NCBI GenBank assembly: GCA_964016885.1
Contig: OZ024740.1
Coordinates: forward strand, 185,194,001-185,258,000
DNA from: Eledone cirrhosa
Lineage: Eukaryota
DNA length: 64,000 bases
Reading direction: 5' to 3'
Below are positions 13,561-28,230 of this stretch, in pieces; position 1 is the stretch's first letter, and each line of letters starts with the position of its first letter. The notes beneath the pieces were generated by a model. The model was not told where the DNA came from. It ran no database searches and worked only from the letters and a program-made list of their open reading frames with translations. Position numbers and translations under genes: made by a program.

Positions 13561-15344
13561 AGGAAGTGACATAGTCACTACTTTAAACCGATAGCGTATG
13601 GTCTTCTAAATGTTTTTAATTAAACATAGGGTATATTGCCAAATATACTACACATTCACTCGTGAATATATTGCTATTTCAGAATACCAATCCTAATATA
13701 TATATATATATATTGCATTTTATGGTTTACATTACGACTAATGAAACATTTAGTAGTGCTAGAAAGTTAATTATATGAAACTAATTTCTCTCTAAAATTC
13801 ATGCTAAGATATATGAAAAAATGCTGCAAAAAAAAAAAAAAAATGAATCTCTTGGTAAGTGATAAAATAAGCTTATTTGAAGTCCAGCTTTTTCTCTTAT
13901 CATAGGGAAGGTTTGTTATGTGCCATGCGAATAGCGAATTAGGATCTGAATAAGCTCTAAATGTAAAACATAGCAAAAATAATACTAAAGCTGCCTACTG
14001 CTATATCAAAAGCTGAATTAATATTGCAATAGAATAACATTGTATACAAAATAAGTATGAGAGAAATGAAAATATTAGCAGGCAAGGGAAAGGGGAAGAG
14101 GGATAACATAAATATATTTAGTAGTAAGGTGTAAAGGTAGAAAAAATATATAATGTGCTAGGAAGCACTGTTGAAGAAAATTCATGAGAATTCTTCAAAG
14201 ATAGCAAAACAGGTTTACAACATACAAAACATCAATAGGTGAAAGTTTTTTTTATATGAAAGCATGCTGACCGACATAAATAATAGGGAGAAGGAAAAAG
14301 GGAAAACAATGATATGAGGAAATATTGGTCTAGGGGCAGTTAAATGTGTTTTTTATTTTGCAGAATTGGCAGATATTCTGGATTAAATGTGCTATGATGT
14401 TTAATTTTGTCACCTTGTACTGTAATCATATTCTGTCAGGATGAGTTTTGCATGTTGACCCTAAAACTGATAAAATATCTACGTAATATATTGAGGTTAA
14501 TTATAGTTAATGCCTACAAAACCTAGCTTTTTACCTCTAAAAGAAGCCAATGAATTAGGATTGTCATTATGTTGTGAAACAGAAAGTTTTGCGTCATTTT
14601 TTCTTGCTCTCTGTTCAATTTCCATTGAGTTTAACTTTATCTTACATTATTTTGGGGTTTGGTAAAATATAGTACCTATCCAAAATGATGTAATGAAGGA
14701 ATTATTAAGGCATCAGACAAGATACTTTCCATGATTCATTTCAAATCTTTATTCTGAGTTCTTATTTGATAGACTAAATCTGTCATCCAGTTTAATGGCA
14801 TAATGTTCTCTTCTTTGATTAAGCAATAGAAAAAAATATAGAAATATAAAAACAAACGGTAACTTTACTACTTTCTTGTTCATAAACATAAATGGAAAAC
14901 CATAGATCTGGTTGTACTTCACTAGATATACAACTTTATGCCAAAACATTTAGCAAGATAATTAGGTAATGCTACATGTTTTCAAGTATAGTTTCAGGAA
15001 TTCTTAAAATAGAATCTGTATCAGATAAGTGAATTTGCATAAGATAACTAAGACACTGATGCTTTGACTCACTTCTTTCTGATAAAATCTAAAACAAGAA
15101 TATTTGTAAAAATGTATGAGATAATATAATTATTTTTCAGAAATGTGATTGACAAAACCAAGTAAGCACTACTATACATGCTAGAATTTACCTGGAGAAA
15201 TATGTTGCTCAGTGCCTTGTCCATAATTTGCTTAACTGGTGAATGGAAGCCCTTTCGTATATGTTCTCTACTGAGAATTTCAACAGTTTCTAATTTAATT
15301 TTCAAAAAGGTTTTTTTTTTATCAGCACACTAGGCTTTAATAAT

Positions 15345-16150
15345 AACTAGCAGAATGGCCCGGCGTTGCTCGGAATTTGCTCTAGGGTTCTTATATATTT
15401 GATATATATTTATCCTTCTTGAGCCTCGTGAAGTAAATACATTTGTTTATATTTTATGTATGCAAAAATATCTGTACTCAAATACATAAATAACAGTACA
15501 GAAAGTACGGAATACTTCTGCCTCGGTTTGGTGTCTACATTTTGTGCTTATAAAAAAAGTTTGTCGTACATTACCAGGGTTTTTTTCCGTTCGAAGAAAA
15601 TCAATACTTTATCGCAAAATAAATACTTTTGTTTATATGTGTATGCAAAATATCTATACATGAATATATAATTATATATATATATATATATATATTAAAA
15701 TAACAGATTAAAGTTTAAGCAAAGAATCGCTGCTTTCACCCTTAATGGAATCTTCATAAACTAAAATAATAAATCTGTGAACGCAGAAGTAAATATTTCG
15801 AAAAACGTTACACGCTATATATATACACACACACACACACATACACACACCGTGTCATAATGACCTAATGCAGAGAGCCAGGCATACAGACAGATATTAT
15901 AAGGGTGCAACGTAATATCTATGTATCTATCTAAAAAGAGAAAGACTAAGAGAGAGAGAAAGGGATCGCTAAATCGCCTAATGCGGTCTCTTGGGCATTG
16001 AAAATTTGAATTTCTTTTGCTCAGAATACTCAATAGGACTATAAGTATTATCTGTGTAAAGTTTGAAAACAATTGGTTGGGTGATTGTCGAGTTTTAGTG
16101 ATTGTACAGACAGACAGACAAACAGACATTCTCTGTTTTAGTAATATAGA
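15345..16150 (+). mobile_element. Non-autonomous Helitron-like element, interrupted by later insertions
   Basis: 5' aactagcagaatggcccggcgttgctcgg; 3' aagtttgaaaacaattgg..(CAGA)n..cattctctgttttagtaatatagat, an architecture resembling Lep1/DINE-like Helitron derivatives. Confidence 0.55.
15710..15764 (-). ncRNA. Degenerate hammerhead motif, same family as 39657
   Basis: Minus strand: TAGTTT-ATGAAGA-TTCCATTAAGGGT-GAAA-GCA..TGC-TT-AAACT; core C3 mutated. Confidence 0.5.
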
Positions 16151-16164
16151 TAATGATAATAATT

Positions 16165-16360
16165 TTTTCTCTAGTTGGCACAAGGCCAGCAATTTGAAAG
16201 GAAAGGGAAAGTTACTTAAATCGATTCCATCCAATACATCTCTGTAAGGATGAAAGGCAAAGCTAATGTGAGCACGATTTGAACTCAGAACATATAGGGA
16301 TGTAAATATATGCTGCAAATCATATTATCGAATTCTCTATTGATATTGTGAATCCACCAC
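16165..16360 (-). mobile_element. SINE family A, older copy
   Basis: ggcacaaggccagcaattt..gtaaggatgaaaggcaaagc..gatttgaactcag..aatccaccacc. Confidence 0.75.
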
Positions 16361-17227
16361 CTTAATTATAATGATAGTACAATAGAAAAAAAAATACCAC
16401 AAAACCATACTGCACATAACCAAGGTGCATAGAACTGTGCTCAGTAATGCAATGATGACACAATAAAAATCAGATTAATAATAATAATATTTTATTTAAA
16501 GTATTTCTAAAGAATATGTACATGGTTTCAAAAATATTTTTATTCCTTAGAAAGTGTCAATTTCATTATGTCAGTTTGTAAACATCATCTAAGCTCTCAA
16601 ATTAACATTTGGTTGTAACCTTCTTTCATTTGCAATATTTCTGTGTCAGTTTCTTAGCTGACATTGACAAATATATTAAAACACTACCTTAAAAACGAAA
16701 ATATTTACTGTTATTTTGAGAAGGAAAAATATTGTATATCAGGTCTAACCTGGAGCTAAACAACAACTACAAGCAATTTGATAAAATCTAATTTATAATT
16801 GGGAACATGACAGTTTTACATATGGATATTCCAGTATTGTTGACAGATATGTAGTTCATGTGCCTCATCCTTTCTATTTTATTCCTCTTTACCTTATCCT
16901 TATTCATCACCCTTAGGTGAGACAGCAAGCACAGCTTCATGCCAACAGTTTCTGTTTCTCATCAAGGTTTGGTCATCTTTGTCAATTCCAGTGTCTCTTG
17001 CTATGGTATCCTGGTATCTGAGCTTTCTGGTGGAGGAGACTTCCCACAACAAGAGGTCTAAAACCATCTCATCTTCTGCATGAAAGCAATGACCAGCAAA
17101 CCTTGTACAACATTCAGTCAGTCTACATTACTATAAAAACTAAATGTTTGAGAGAATGATGAAGCTTCTATATGCTGTCATGTGACATGTTAAAAAAAGC
17201 TATAAAATCACCTTCAAATTACAATAA

Positions 17228-17445
17228 CCTTTTAGCATTTAAACCGGCCGTATCCAGCCATAATTATCTCACCCCTTTCTGTTCAAACCAGCCATAACTA
17301 GCCCCTCATACTGATTTTACGTTATTGTTCTCAAAATAAATATCATCGAAATTTCATAGATTCAATATTATGTGAAATAATTCTTTGAGATTTAATAATT
17401 TAAATAATTACTGTGAAAATATAGAGTAATGTGAAGGTTAAAGGG
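17228..17445. mobile_element. piggyBac-type MITE
   Basis: Termini (A)TAA-CCTTTTAGC ... GTTAAAGGG-TTAA; TTAA target site with the left copy degenerate. Confidence 0.5.
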
Positions 17446-17499
17446 TTAACAAAAATAGACACATTGAACAATGTAGTGCTATAAATATATTTAAAAGAA

Positions 17500-17585
17500 T
17501 ACAGCAATGGATGCTGATGGAATGCCTATGATCATAAGCCTGCTCAGTCAGGACTGACCTGGGGCTAAACACGTACTACAGCAAG
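17500..17585 (+). repeat. Old dispersed repeat 3' end (..cagg(a)ctgacctggggctaaacaacaac)
   Basis: Similar ends at 16735-16770 (+), 56745-56795 (+), 50490-50530 (-) and 39410-39435 (-). Confidence 0.5.
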
Positions 17586-18559
17586 ACAAAATTAAATTCT
17601 ATGCAATGCTTAACATGGATAGAATAATTTCAAATTATTTAAACTTTGAATAAACTACACTTCACACGTAGATACATAATATATGTATATATCTACACAC
17701 GTATTTCTATTCACTTAGTACATCTGTGAGAAAGAAAGAAAGGAAGAAAGAAAGAAAGGGAAGCATGTCAAATAATCGAAATTATTCTTAGATTTTTGGT
17801 TTTTCACATTGATGCATTAACAGATTTGAAAATAAATTGATGTAACATGGAACAAATACTGAAAGAAAATAGATCAGAACATGTCTATGAAAGTATCAGT
17901 TTCTAATAGATTGCTTTTCACGTACATTTAATCAATATTGGTTTTGTGTGTGAAATTAATTGAAATTTAAAAAAAAAAAAAAGATACAACTGATTTTATG
18001 AGGATGCATGCATCAAAATTAATCTATAATTTTTGTTTTGTACAGAGATAAGTTGACATCATGTTTGGCTATGGAGCTCATGGTTTAAACATAATTTTGA
18101 GGTTAAAAATAATGAGATAATTCATTAATTATATAGTGTTTCATCTGAAGAGAACCTCAGAAAGGGTTCAAGAAGTGTTGACATAACAATGCTTAATATC
18201 GTCATAACAATTTTGTTGAATGAGCTACTATTGTCATCAAGAATTAATAAATTTACATTTAAATTTTGGGGTTAGAAATATTTTTCTAACAAAGATAAAC
18301 AAGAAGAAGGCAGTGGAGGAGAATAAGATGGGTCTAGATGAATAAATCTATCTCAGTACTTGTCTGATATATTATTTTGTCAATGCCAGATAGATCACAG
18401 ACATAGTTGACACCTGCAGAATTTGAACTCAGAATGTAAAGAACCAGAACAAATATAGCAAATTTATGTTTTAAATCCATTAGTATTTATGTCAAACCTT
18501 ACCTACGTTCATGATCTTGGGAAATGACTGTAATAATATGATTGAAATACAAGTGGCTT

Positions 18560-18900
18560 AAATAGGGTTCCTTTGAATGGTATTTGGTGTAATGTTACTC
18601 AATAGAGTCCATAACTCGAAGATCAGAGTGTCGCTCCAGGTAGAGCCACTACTTCTCCAAATTTAGAAATCACAGCTCTGATACTATGGGCATGTGGTTA
18701 AAATTTCCTTGGCAAGAATTGCTAGACAGATTTTATGGGCAAAGCCAGCTGGCTTGGATAACATGCATGAGCTCAACTGGTCTCCTTTGCAGATCCAGCA
18801 AGATCAATTGGAAATGGTTGCTTCTGATGGGACCTGCTGGGAGGAATATTTGAGGACTCTGCTTCCATCACCCTATCAGAAATAAGTGGAGGAAGAAGAA
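18560..18900 (+). mobile_element. Highly decayed LINE ORF2 3' remnant
   Basis: Weak peptide ..EMVASDGTCWEEYLRTLLPSP* resembling RTE C-termini, followed by a GAA-like tail. Confidence 0.4.
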
Positions 18901-19479
18901 CAAGTTTTAAATATTTAGATAAAGATTAAACTACAAGAAGCGTTGGAATATTGATTTTGCAGCCTTCATATCTTATTTGTCTTGTTGACGTAACATATAA
19001 CGATTATTAAATGGGAAATTATGAACTGAAACCAAAGAAGCAATTATTGGTTTTAACAAAATATTTAATTATATTTTTATCTGATGTCAATTTTATGACA
19101 AAACCTCCTATAAAAGACATTTTATAATCATTTCTTATATAGGCAGTAATCCCCAAAGTAGGTGTGAATAGTTGATTGGTTGGTACCTTATTTTATATAC
19201 CACAGAAAATTAAATGGCAAAGTTGACCTTCAAAAATAAAAAAAAGCCACTGTAAGTAGAGCAAGGTATTCTAGCCAATGCAATAATGATTTTGCCATGC
19301 CACAACTCTTAAAAGTCTAAAATGATATATCATTATGATTTTGATAAAACCAGAGTAAAGAGATAGTTAGAACATGAATCTGTATAAAAAGCGTGAGAAA
19401 ACAACAGTATTTATTTTATTAGATTGATATGAATGAAAGAGATTTTTCCATAACATTTTCAGTTCCTTCAAGAGCGGTG

Positions 19480-20600
19480 AAATCAATGTCATTAATGTTC
19501 CCCCTAAACAGTTGCATTTGGTGTTTAGAAAAAAATATGTGCAACATTGAGATTGCTTTTGATATTATTAGGAGGACAAACAGTGTTAAAAGGCTTATGT
19601 AGGCCTGTTAATGAAATCGCAATAAGTGTGATGTAAAAAGGAAACAGAAATGAGTAGGGAATGCATGAAGGAAAGTGGAAGAAGGCTGGCTTTTTTTGAT
19701 GATGTTGGAAAAGGCAGAGATGTAACAATGCATCTGTGGATATAGTTTTGAGTGACTTCATGCCAATCAATCAAGTGCCTTATTTTGGCATGTGACCTAG
19801 GAGGACTGTGTGTATAGTTGTAAAACCATCTGAAATTTAGGAGCAGACATCGATTCTCTGTCCTCCCTAAGGCTTGTAGAGGGTTAGACATTATTAGGAG
19901 AAGAAATGTTTTTTGGCTTTGAAAAGGAAGAACAATTTTGTGATGCAGCCTTAAATATGTTGAGGATATGAAATTCTCAGAAGAGATCCTCATTGATACT
20001 GAGGCTTGGCATATTTAGCAACTTTGAGGATATTATGTGTAATCAGTTACCATTAGGAGTTGAGGTGGTATTCGATGTGATATTGTGTTCTTGATGTGTA
20101 TAGTGATTGTATTTTTGCACTATTTAAATGGACGGTAGTATAACCTCATTTCACCATGTTTCCATGGTCTCTATTGAAGATGATACGGTTTTTTGTGTGA
20201 GTGGTCTGGGCTGCTTACATGTAGAATATTAATGTGGAATGAATGGTACTGCCATTTGTGTAGAGGTCATTTATGTATAGAAAATGTGTTGGGATGGGAG
20301 GTACAATTGTAGGGACACAATGCAGATCAGAGAGAACCATAGCAGCATATGCTGCAGCAGAGTGCAATCTGCCAGAAAGCCACGAATACAAAAATAAGAG
20401 ATGGATTGAGCAAATAGGAAAGCATTTTGTTGGTGTTGAGGGCAACACTCTTATTTCAATCACATTTCTCTAGGGTGAGAGCTCAATGGTCAGATAGGTA
20501 TGAAAGTTGGTCTCCAGCTGAACAGGCTTTACAAAAGTTATTCTGGTAGCTGCCATTAAGGAGGAAGAGATATTCAAGACATTGAAGATGGTTGTTTTAA
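19480..20600 (-). mobile_element. Decayed LINE (CR1/L2/Jockey-like) ORF2 fragment
   Basis: Frameshifted peptides FPTSSKKASLLPL and ISLTGLHKPF resemble the FP..WK.A...P / YRPISL..K RT N-terminal motifs. Confidence 0.45.
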
Positions 20601-22034
20601 TGACTGTTTTCATAACTAAGATAACTCACCAACCAAAGTATTTTGTTTTAAAAGTCACTTATGATTAATAAAATATGTATTGGTATTATAATGCTGATTG
20701 GTATTATATTGCCGAACATATTCTTGTCATCTTCTTAGCAGTGTATACAAGATATTTGAAAGTTAATATTTTTAATGAAGAAAATTTAAATTTCAATGAT
20801 AAAAGTAAATTGTAAATTCTAATTCAAGGCTATATGCAGTAACAATATAAACTAGTAGCTGATTGATCTGTATAACTCTTTTGATAATAAAATCCTTTAG
20901 TTGGTTAATAAATTATTTTATAGATCAGTTTGCAACTTATTTTCTGATAGAGACAGAAGTATTGTATGTATTTACTGAAGCATTGTCTTTTACAACCTGT
21001 CGTATTAGCTAATTAAATAGATCTTAAATTATATTTCAGAACCAGTGAAGATCATACACTAACATGCTAATGATTCTTAAGTGCTGGGATAAAAGTAAAA
21101 GAAATAATTTAAATCAATACAAAAGAAATCTATCAGATCAATGTTTATTTGCTATTAGTAACTACTGCAGCTCAACTTTACTAATTATTCTTCTATAGTA
21201 TTCTTATATAGTTGAGTACAATAAAAGTATCAAAATAGTCAGAAAAGAAAACTACTAGATTGTTTCCGATTCACAATTTTTATATACCTTTTCTGAAATT
21301 TGAAATGATCTTATGAGTTTGTCATTCGTTAGCTTTCTTTGGATATATCTTTACTATCTTTACAGCTACTAATTAAACTAGATTAATATGTCTGGTGTAA
21401 GCATTATTCTGCAAACTGTAATTTTGAAACACTCAAGATAAAAAAATTACGACAAATATCTAAAATCGAATTCAGTCAATGAAAAAGTGAAAAATAAAGC
21501 CATAATATAGTAGCATCAGTTCTCAGAAGAAAAGTATTGGCAAAAATTGTGTTATTGAAAATCTTTTTAATGAAAGATAAAGCTACTGAATGAAATAGTA
21601 TTAAAAATCAATAAATATTGTGTTTATATATATATATATATATATGGCTAGTGTAAGTAATGTAGCAACTGAGCTTTAGTATTAAGCTTAATGAAACTGG
21701 AAACTACTTCAATGTATCATATTGAATATTGTTCTTAGATTGATTAGCAAGCAATGCAAAGTGGTATTAAGTTCACGAGGAATGAGTTTATAACAGAGGT
21801 TTAGTTCCCTAATAGAGTGAAGAAGGATAAGTTAAGCTGGGAAATACCAGCTTGATCAACACTCTACACACTTGTTGAAGACAAAAGCCCTTGGCAGGAA
21901 ATGAAAAATTCATTTATGCTCACAAATTTTCATTTCTCTGTTTTATCTTTGAAAGTATGGTGAGGGATGAGGAAGCCAAGTTTAAATTCTAAGTAAAAGA
22001 TAATTCTTTACACCTATATAGTTAATTCCATGAA

Positions 22035-22310
22035 GGGTCGTGGCATAATGGTTAGGATGCTTGATGTACGATTGTTATGTCATCAGTTCGATTCTTGAAC
22101 AGGTTGCTGCATTGTGTCATTGAGCATAACACTTTATTTCACATCGCTCCAGTACACTGATCTGAGATGAACACCAGTCGTAATTAGGGAGTTTAACCTG
22201 TGATAGACAGACATCCTGTCCAGGGAGAGTTTTGTACTCTCAGTCACTTAGTAGTGAGGAAATTGGGGTTAAGCACCGGCCTGATGAACCTTTGGCTGAG
22301 AACAGACTTC
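22035..22310 (+). mobile_element. SINE family B, near full length
   Basis: A box tggcataatgg, B box gttcgattc, central ttgtgtcattgagcataacactttatttcaca, 3' ccggcctgatgaacctttggctgagaacagac. Confidence 0.8.
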
Positions 22311-22487
22311 AACATAGTTGCCTTGACAGTTGTATTTAAATTCTTCATTAATGGACGCATTTAGGTGTACAGAACAATGCAAATATGACTGTTTATACAT
22401 TTTAACTAATTCTAAAATTTGAATCATGTAATGAAATTTTGCTCTTAGAAATATATGAATAATATATATTTATACACACACACACAC

Positions 22488-22518
<31 letters not shown>

Positions 22519-23179
22519 AAATGTACCAAGCTAAATTCTCAGACTTTTATGCACTGAAAATATATATATTTTCAAAGAAAACAGAAGGTCAGATTCCAAA
22601 TATTCATTTAATGCTGCAATAATTACAATACATATTTCTATGACCTGCTTACATTATCAGATTATAAAGAGTTGTGAAAGTATCAAATGTATAAAATTAC
22701 AAAAAGTGGATAATTATATAATGTATATAATTAGTTAAAGTGCAACTGGTTGATAAACCAGTTCACATGCACATGTGTAGGTTTATATTGTGAAAGAATT
22801 CAATGACATGATTTTATCACAAACCTGATGGACCAAACTCCTCCAGTTCCTGGGATCCAGGAAAGCGTTCATGCAACTGAGTTCTTTCAGTATATTGAAA
22901 TATGAACCATTTCTCAAAACATTATACATCTTAAGTCTTATATCAGGATCTGATGCTGTAAGCAGGCCATAGAAGCAGGAATTGTTTTTGCAGCACTAAA
23001 GCAATATGTGGAATCTGGCCTTCGGTTTTCATTGAAGTATTTTATTCTATATCTTCACAAACCATGAGTTACCACATCTATGCTGGATGATTTGCATTTG
23101 CTTTTGCTTATTGCATTATAATCTACTAATCAGAATGACCAGATGTGCCCATTAGTTAAACCATCCAACATAAATAGTA

Positions 23180-23388
23180 TCATCATCATCATCATCATCA
23201 GGTTTAGCGTCCGTGTTCCACGCTTGCATGGGTTTGGACGGGGGTTTTCCCACTTGAGGCAAGAGTGTTTGTCTTGCTCGCATAGGACTGTCTGGCGGGT
23301 TTTCTACAGTTGGATGCCCTTCCTAACACCAACTACATTTACAGTGTGGGGCTGGGAGGTTTTTACCGTGTTGCCTACACGGCCACAT
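23180..23388 (-). mobile_element. RTE LINE 3' end with (GAT)n tail
   Basis: (TCA)n followed by cgtccgtgttcca..gcatgggtttggacgg; near-identical to 51372-51590. Confidence 0.85.
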
Positions 23389-23544
23389 AATATTAAGGAT
23401 ACTATTTATGGTTATGTATATACTAAAACTTTTTATAGTTATATATATTTTAAACCCTAAACAGTGAAGGTCAGTAATTTATTACTACCTTATTACCAGT
23501 AAGATAAGTAGCTCAATGTAATAACATCAGTTGTTCTACAGAGC

Positions 23545-25208
23545 AATTATATAGAATTCACAAGAATCAAAGCTATGTTCAAAGCATTTATTCACTTACA
23601 ATTGTTTCATCCAAACCTAGGCTTGGAGTCTTCGGAGCGTTTTTCAATGTTTGTACACATAATTGACCGCCTTTCCAATGCAAGAGACATACAGATACAT
23701 ATATTGATGTACAGTGGAGTGACATATATTATACTATACTATTTTTGTACAGCAATTCAAATTCAAAATCAAAATTAAAATTAAAACAAAATTAAAACAA
23801 AATTAAGATACATTGGGCATTTAACACAGATAATGCAGGAGGATAGTTTGTTAGTCAGATGTAGTAGTTAGTGTATGCATTAGTTACACATGGGGCATGC
23901 AAGTGTGTCTCATTTATATATGATTATTGTGTGGCAGGGTGTTACATGTAATACAAGCACTTTAAGCGGGTAAGTAAGAGTATTATGGTGGTTGTAGTGG
24001 TAAGGTATTTTTTGTATAGAATTTTCTCTCTCTCTATATATATTTAAAAAAATAGAGGTGTGACACACGACTTGTGATATATTAGTAAAAAGGAAAAGAA
24101 AATGCTGACAAATTTTTCTCAGTGAAAAATAGTTTAATTAGGAATAAGTATAAATTAGTAATAAGTATTAGTTAGTATTCAGTTTTAGATTTAAGTTTTA
24201 CTGATGCGCTGGGTGTGGGTGGCTTTATCTTTAAATTTGTAGAGGGGAAAAATTCTAAAGTTGGGATGATTTTGGGCAGCACAGGTATCTCAGTGCTATT
24301 TTTCTGTATTCCCGTATTTTGATTTGGGATCTATGGACAGTCATGCGCTGGCGGTTTTAGTCTGGCATTTGTATTGTTCTCAACAACCTGAGCAAGTTAA
24401 TACATATATTAGGTTTTCTGATGTGCATGTGAAATTGTGTTTTACTATAACACGTTGTCCTTGTTTGAAATATAATTCCGAACCCTCTATTAGGTTGATG
24501 CATATACCACAGTTGAGTCTATCGTATTTTTTTTACTGTGGGTTTCGTTGTTGTGGTTGGCAGTACTTTGTCATGTGTTAGGATGTTTTTCATTGACTTA
24601 GATTGTCTTTTGCTCTTTATGATATCGTCTGTTCGAAGGATTTGGTTCATTCTATGGTCCTTTTTTAATACAGGGATGTTCTGGAGGATGGAGTCAAAGG
24701 CCTCATTGTTGAGGGGGTTGTGTGTGGATATGTATGGAAGAGCTTTTAGTTTCGGTTGATTAACTTTAGGGTGTCTAAGGTCCTGGGTACTGATTTTTAG
24801 GGCACGTTGCATTCCATTGTCAATTAGTGATGCAGGGTAGTCCCTCCTTATGAGTGTGTCCTTTAGTTCTTGTAAACGTAAGTAACAGGTGTTTTTATTG
24901 GAAACTATAGTACAGATTCTCTTGGCTAAGTTGTAGGGAATATTAATTTTAACGTGTCAAGGGTGGCATGAATTGAAAGGAAGATATTGCTTGGAGTCTG
25001 TGGGCTTGTAGTATATGTCTGTTTCTATTTTTTTGTTATTAATCTTAATGAGGATGTCGAGAAAGGGGAGTTGTTGATGGCTGTATTCCATTGTAAAATT
25101 AATATTCGTGTTCTGTCCATTTATAAGAGTGTGAAGTTCTTTAAGTTTCTCGATGTTTTCGTACCAAAGGATGAAGTAGTCAGCTAGATATCTCTTCCAG
25201 TTCTTTTC
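23545..25208 (-). mobile_element. 5'-truncated Penelope-like element (RT C-terminus, GIY-YIG endonuclease, 3' non-coding region with HHR)
   Basis: Minus-strand peptides WKRYLADYF, INFTME..LPFLDILI..TDIYYKPTDSKQYL.FNSCHP..NIPYNLAKRI, LPYISTHNP, and FTCTSENLIYVLTCSGC.EQY (GIY-YIG); several stops; (TA)n at the 5' junction; the 3' boundary is approximate. Confidence 0.85.
23593..23639 (-). ncRNA. Hammerhead motif downstream of the Penelope-like ORF
   Basis: Minus strand: CGCT-CCGAAGA-C-TCCAAGCC TA GGTTTGGA-T-GAAAC-AATT-GTA-AGTG; palindromic stem III ACAATTGT; core U4->C. Confidence 0.65.
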
Positions 25209-25243
25209 TATATATATATATATATATATGTGTATGTGTGTAA

Positions 25244-25280
<37 letters not shown>

Positions 25281-25433
25281 TCGTTGACAAATATATCAAT
25301 ATGTCTAGACATGTAGATATATTGCCCTTGGTATGACAGTGTGGTTTTAGCTCGATAAAGGATAACTAGTATACAACAGAGCCATTATAGTTATAGGAAT
25401 AACCAAAGAGTGCTTAGAAATACATTGTTTTAT

Positions 25434-25483
25434 TAGCTAACAGTGTTTCATCCATACACCATGGCAGGAATATTCAGAGTCTA
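25434..25483 (-). ncRNA. Degenerate hammerhead motif in a TA-flanked insert (25281-25542)
   Basis: Minus strand: TAG(A)CT-CTGAATA-T-TCCTGC..GTATGGA-T-GAAAC-ACT-GTT-AGCTA; core G8 mutated. Confidence 0.45.
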
Positions 25484-25542
25484 TAAACATGAGTATATCA
25501 GTAGTTGCATGCTCCATCGAGCTGCGTCAACAGAACAAGGTT

Positions 25543-27095
<1,553 letters not shown>

Positions 27096-27174
27096 GTTAA
27101 AACAATGAAATAAAAAATTAAGTCATTAGAGATATATTTCACTGCTTTACGATCGTTTGTAGATATCTCTGTGT

Positions 27175-27362
27175 ATATATGTATATATATATGTATATAT
27201 ATGTGTGTGTGTATGTAAATATAAATATATATATATATGTATACATACATATATATAAATATAAATATATAGATATATATATATGCATATATATATATAT
27301 TTATCCAGTTCAACCCATGTAAGCATGGAAGAACAGACATAAAAACGATGATAATGATGATG

Positions 27363-27436
<74 letters not shown>

Positions 27437-27465
27437 GCACACACACATATGCACACACACACATA
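27175..27465. repeat. (TA)n/(CA)n microsatellites with a short RTE 3' end (27305-27362)
   Basis: Direct reading; caacccatgtaagcatggaagaacagacataaaaacgatgat. Confidence 0.85.
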
Positions 27466-27899
27466 CTCTACTATATAAACATACATGGCAAACTAGGCAC
27501 TTGGAACGTCCCAAAGCATCAATAACATCAGTTAGCTTCGATTTCCTAACACTTCGTTGATACTTTATGATGACTGCAAAGCACATGACCTATAGGCTAG
27601 TTGAATGACCACTCTAATTCAACATTTTAATACACACATGGATTTGGGACACTACTGTTCTAAATTAAGCATAAGGAAATATAAAATAGATTTTAAAATG
27701 ATGAAATAGGAACATAGACATGTTTTCAAAATAGCATGCTTGGAAAAAATTCTGTTCTTTACATATTCACATACATTTATTCCTATATGCATATGTATTA
27801 TATACATATAATTGTCTATCTAAGTTATATGTGTGTATGTGTGTGCATGTTAAATAAATATCTATATATATACTGTATAGTTTACTCTAGACTGTATAA

Positions 27900-28230
27900 A
27901 TCATCATCATCACAGTTTAACATCCATTTTTCCATGCTAGCATGGGTTAGACAGGTTGTCATGTTGTGGGATAGGTCAGGTGACCATGTCTTTCTCATAC
28001 ATAACTCATTTTGGCTTTGTTTCTACAGCTGGATGCCGTTCCTAATGCCAACCACATTTAATTTGAGTAGTTTGTATGTTTTGTCATGCAACCTATGCGA
28101 CCACTTTACAGTGTGGGCTGGGTGCCTTTTGTCATGACACCTACTCAACCACTTTACTGTGTCGTCTGGGTACTTTTTTCTCATCTCACCTACACAACCA
28201 CTTTACAGTGTGGGCTGGGGCCTTTGTGGG
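27900..28230 (-). mobile_element. Older RTE LINE 3' UTR fragment
   Basis: (TCA)n..tccatgctagcatgggttagacagg..ttctacagctggatgccgttcctaatgccaacc. Confidence 0.75.

Larger units (their letters stand above)
13141..13699 (+). mobile_element. Retrozyme-like element: 303-bp tandem unit with two HHRs and an inverted 5' copy of its 3' end
   Basis: CTGATGA at 13200 and 13503 head about 160-bp direct repeats; 13141-13196 is an imperfect reverse complement of 13630-13699; (TA)n follows. Confidence 0.8.
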
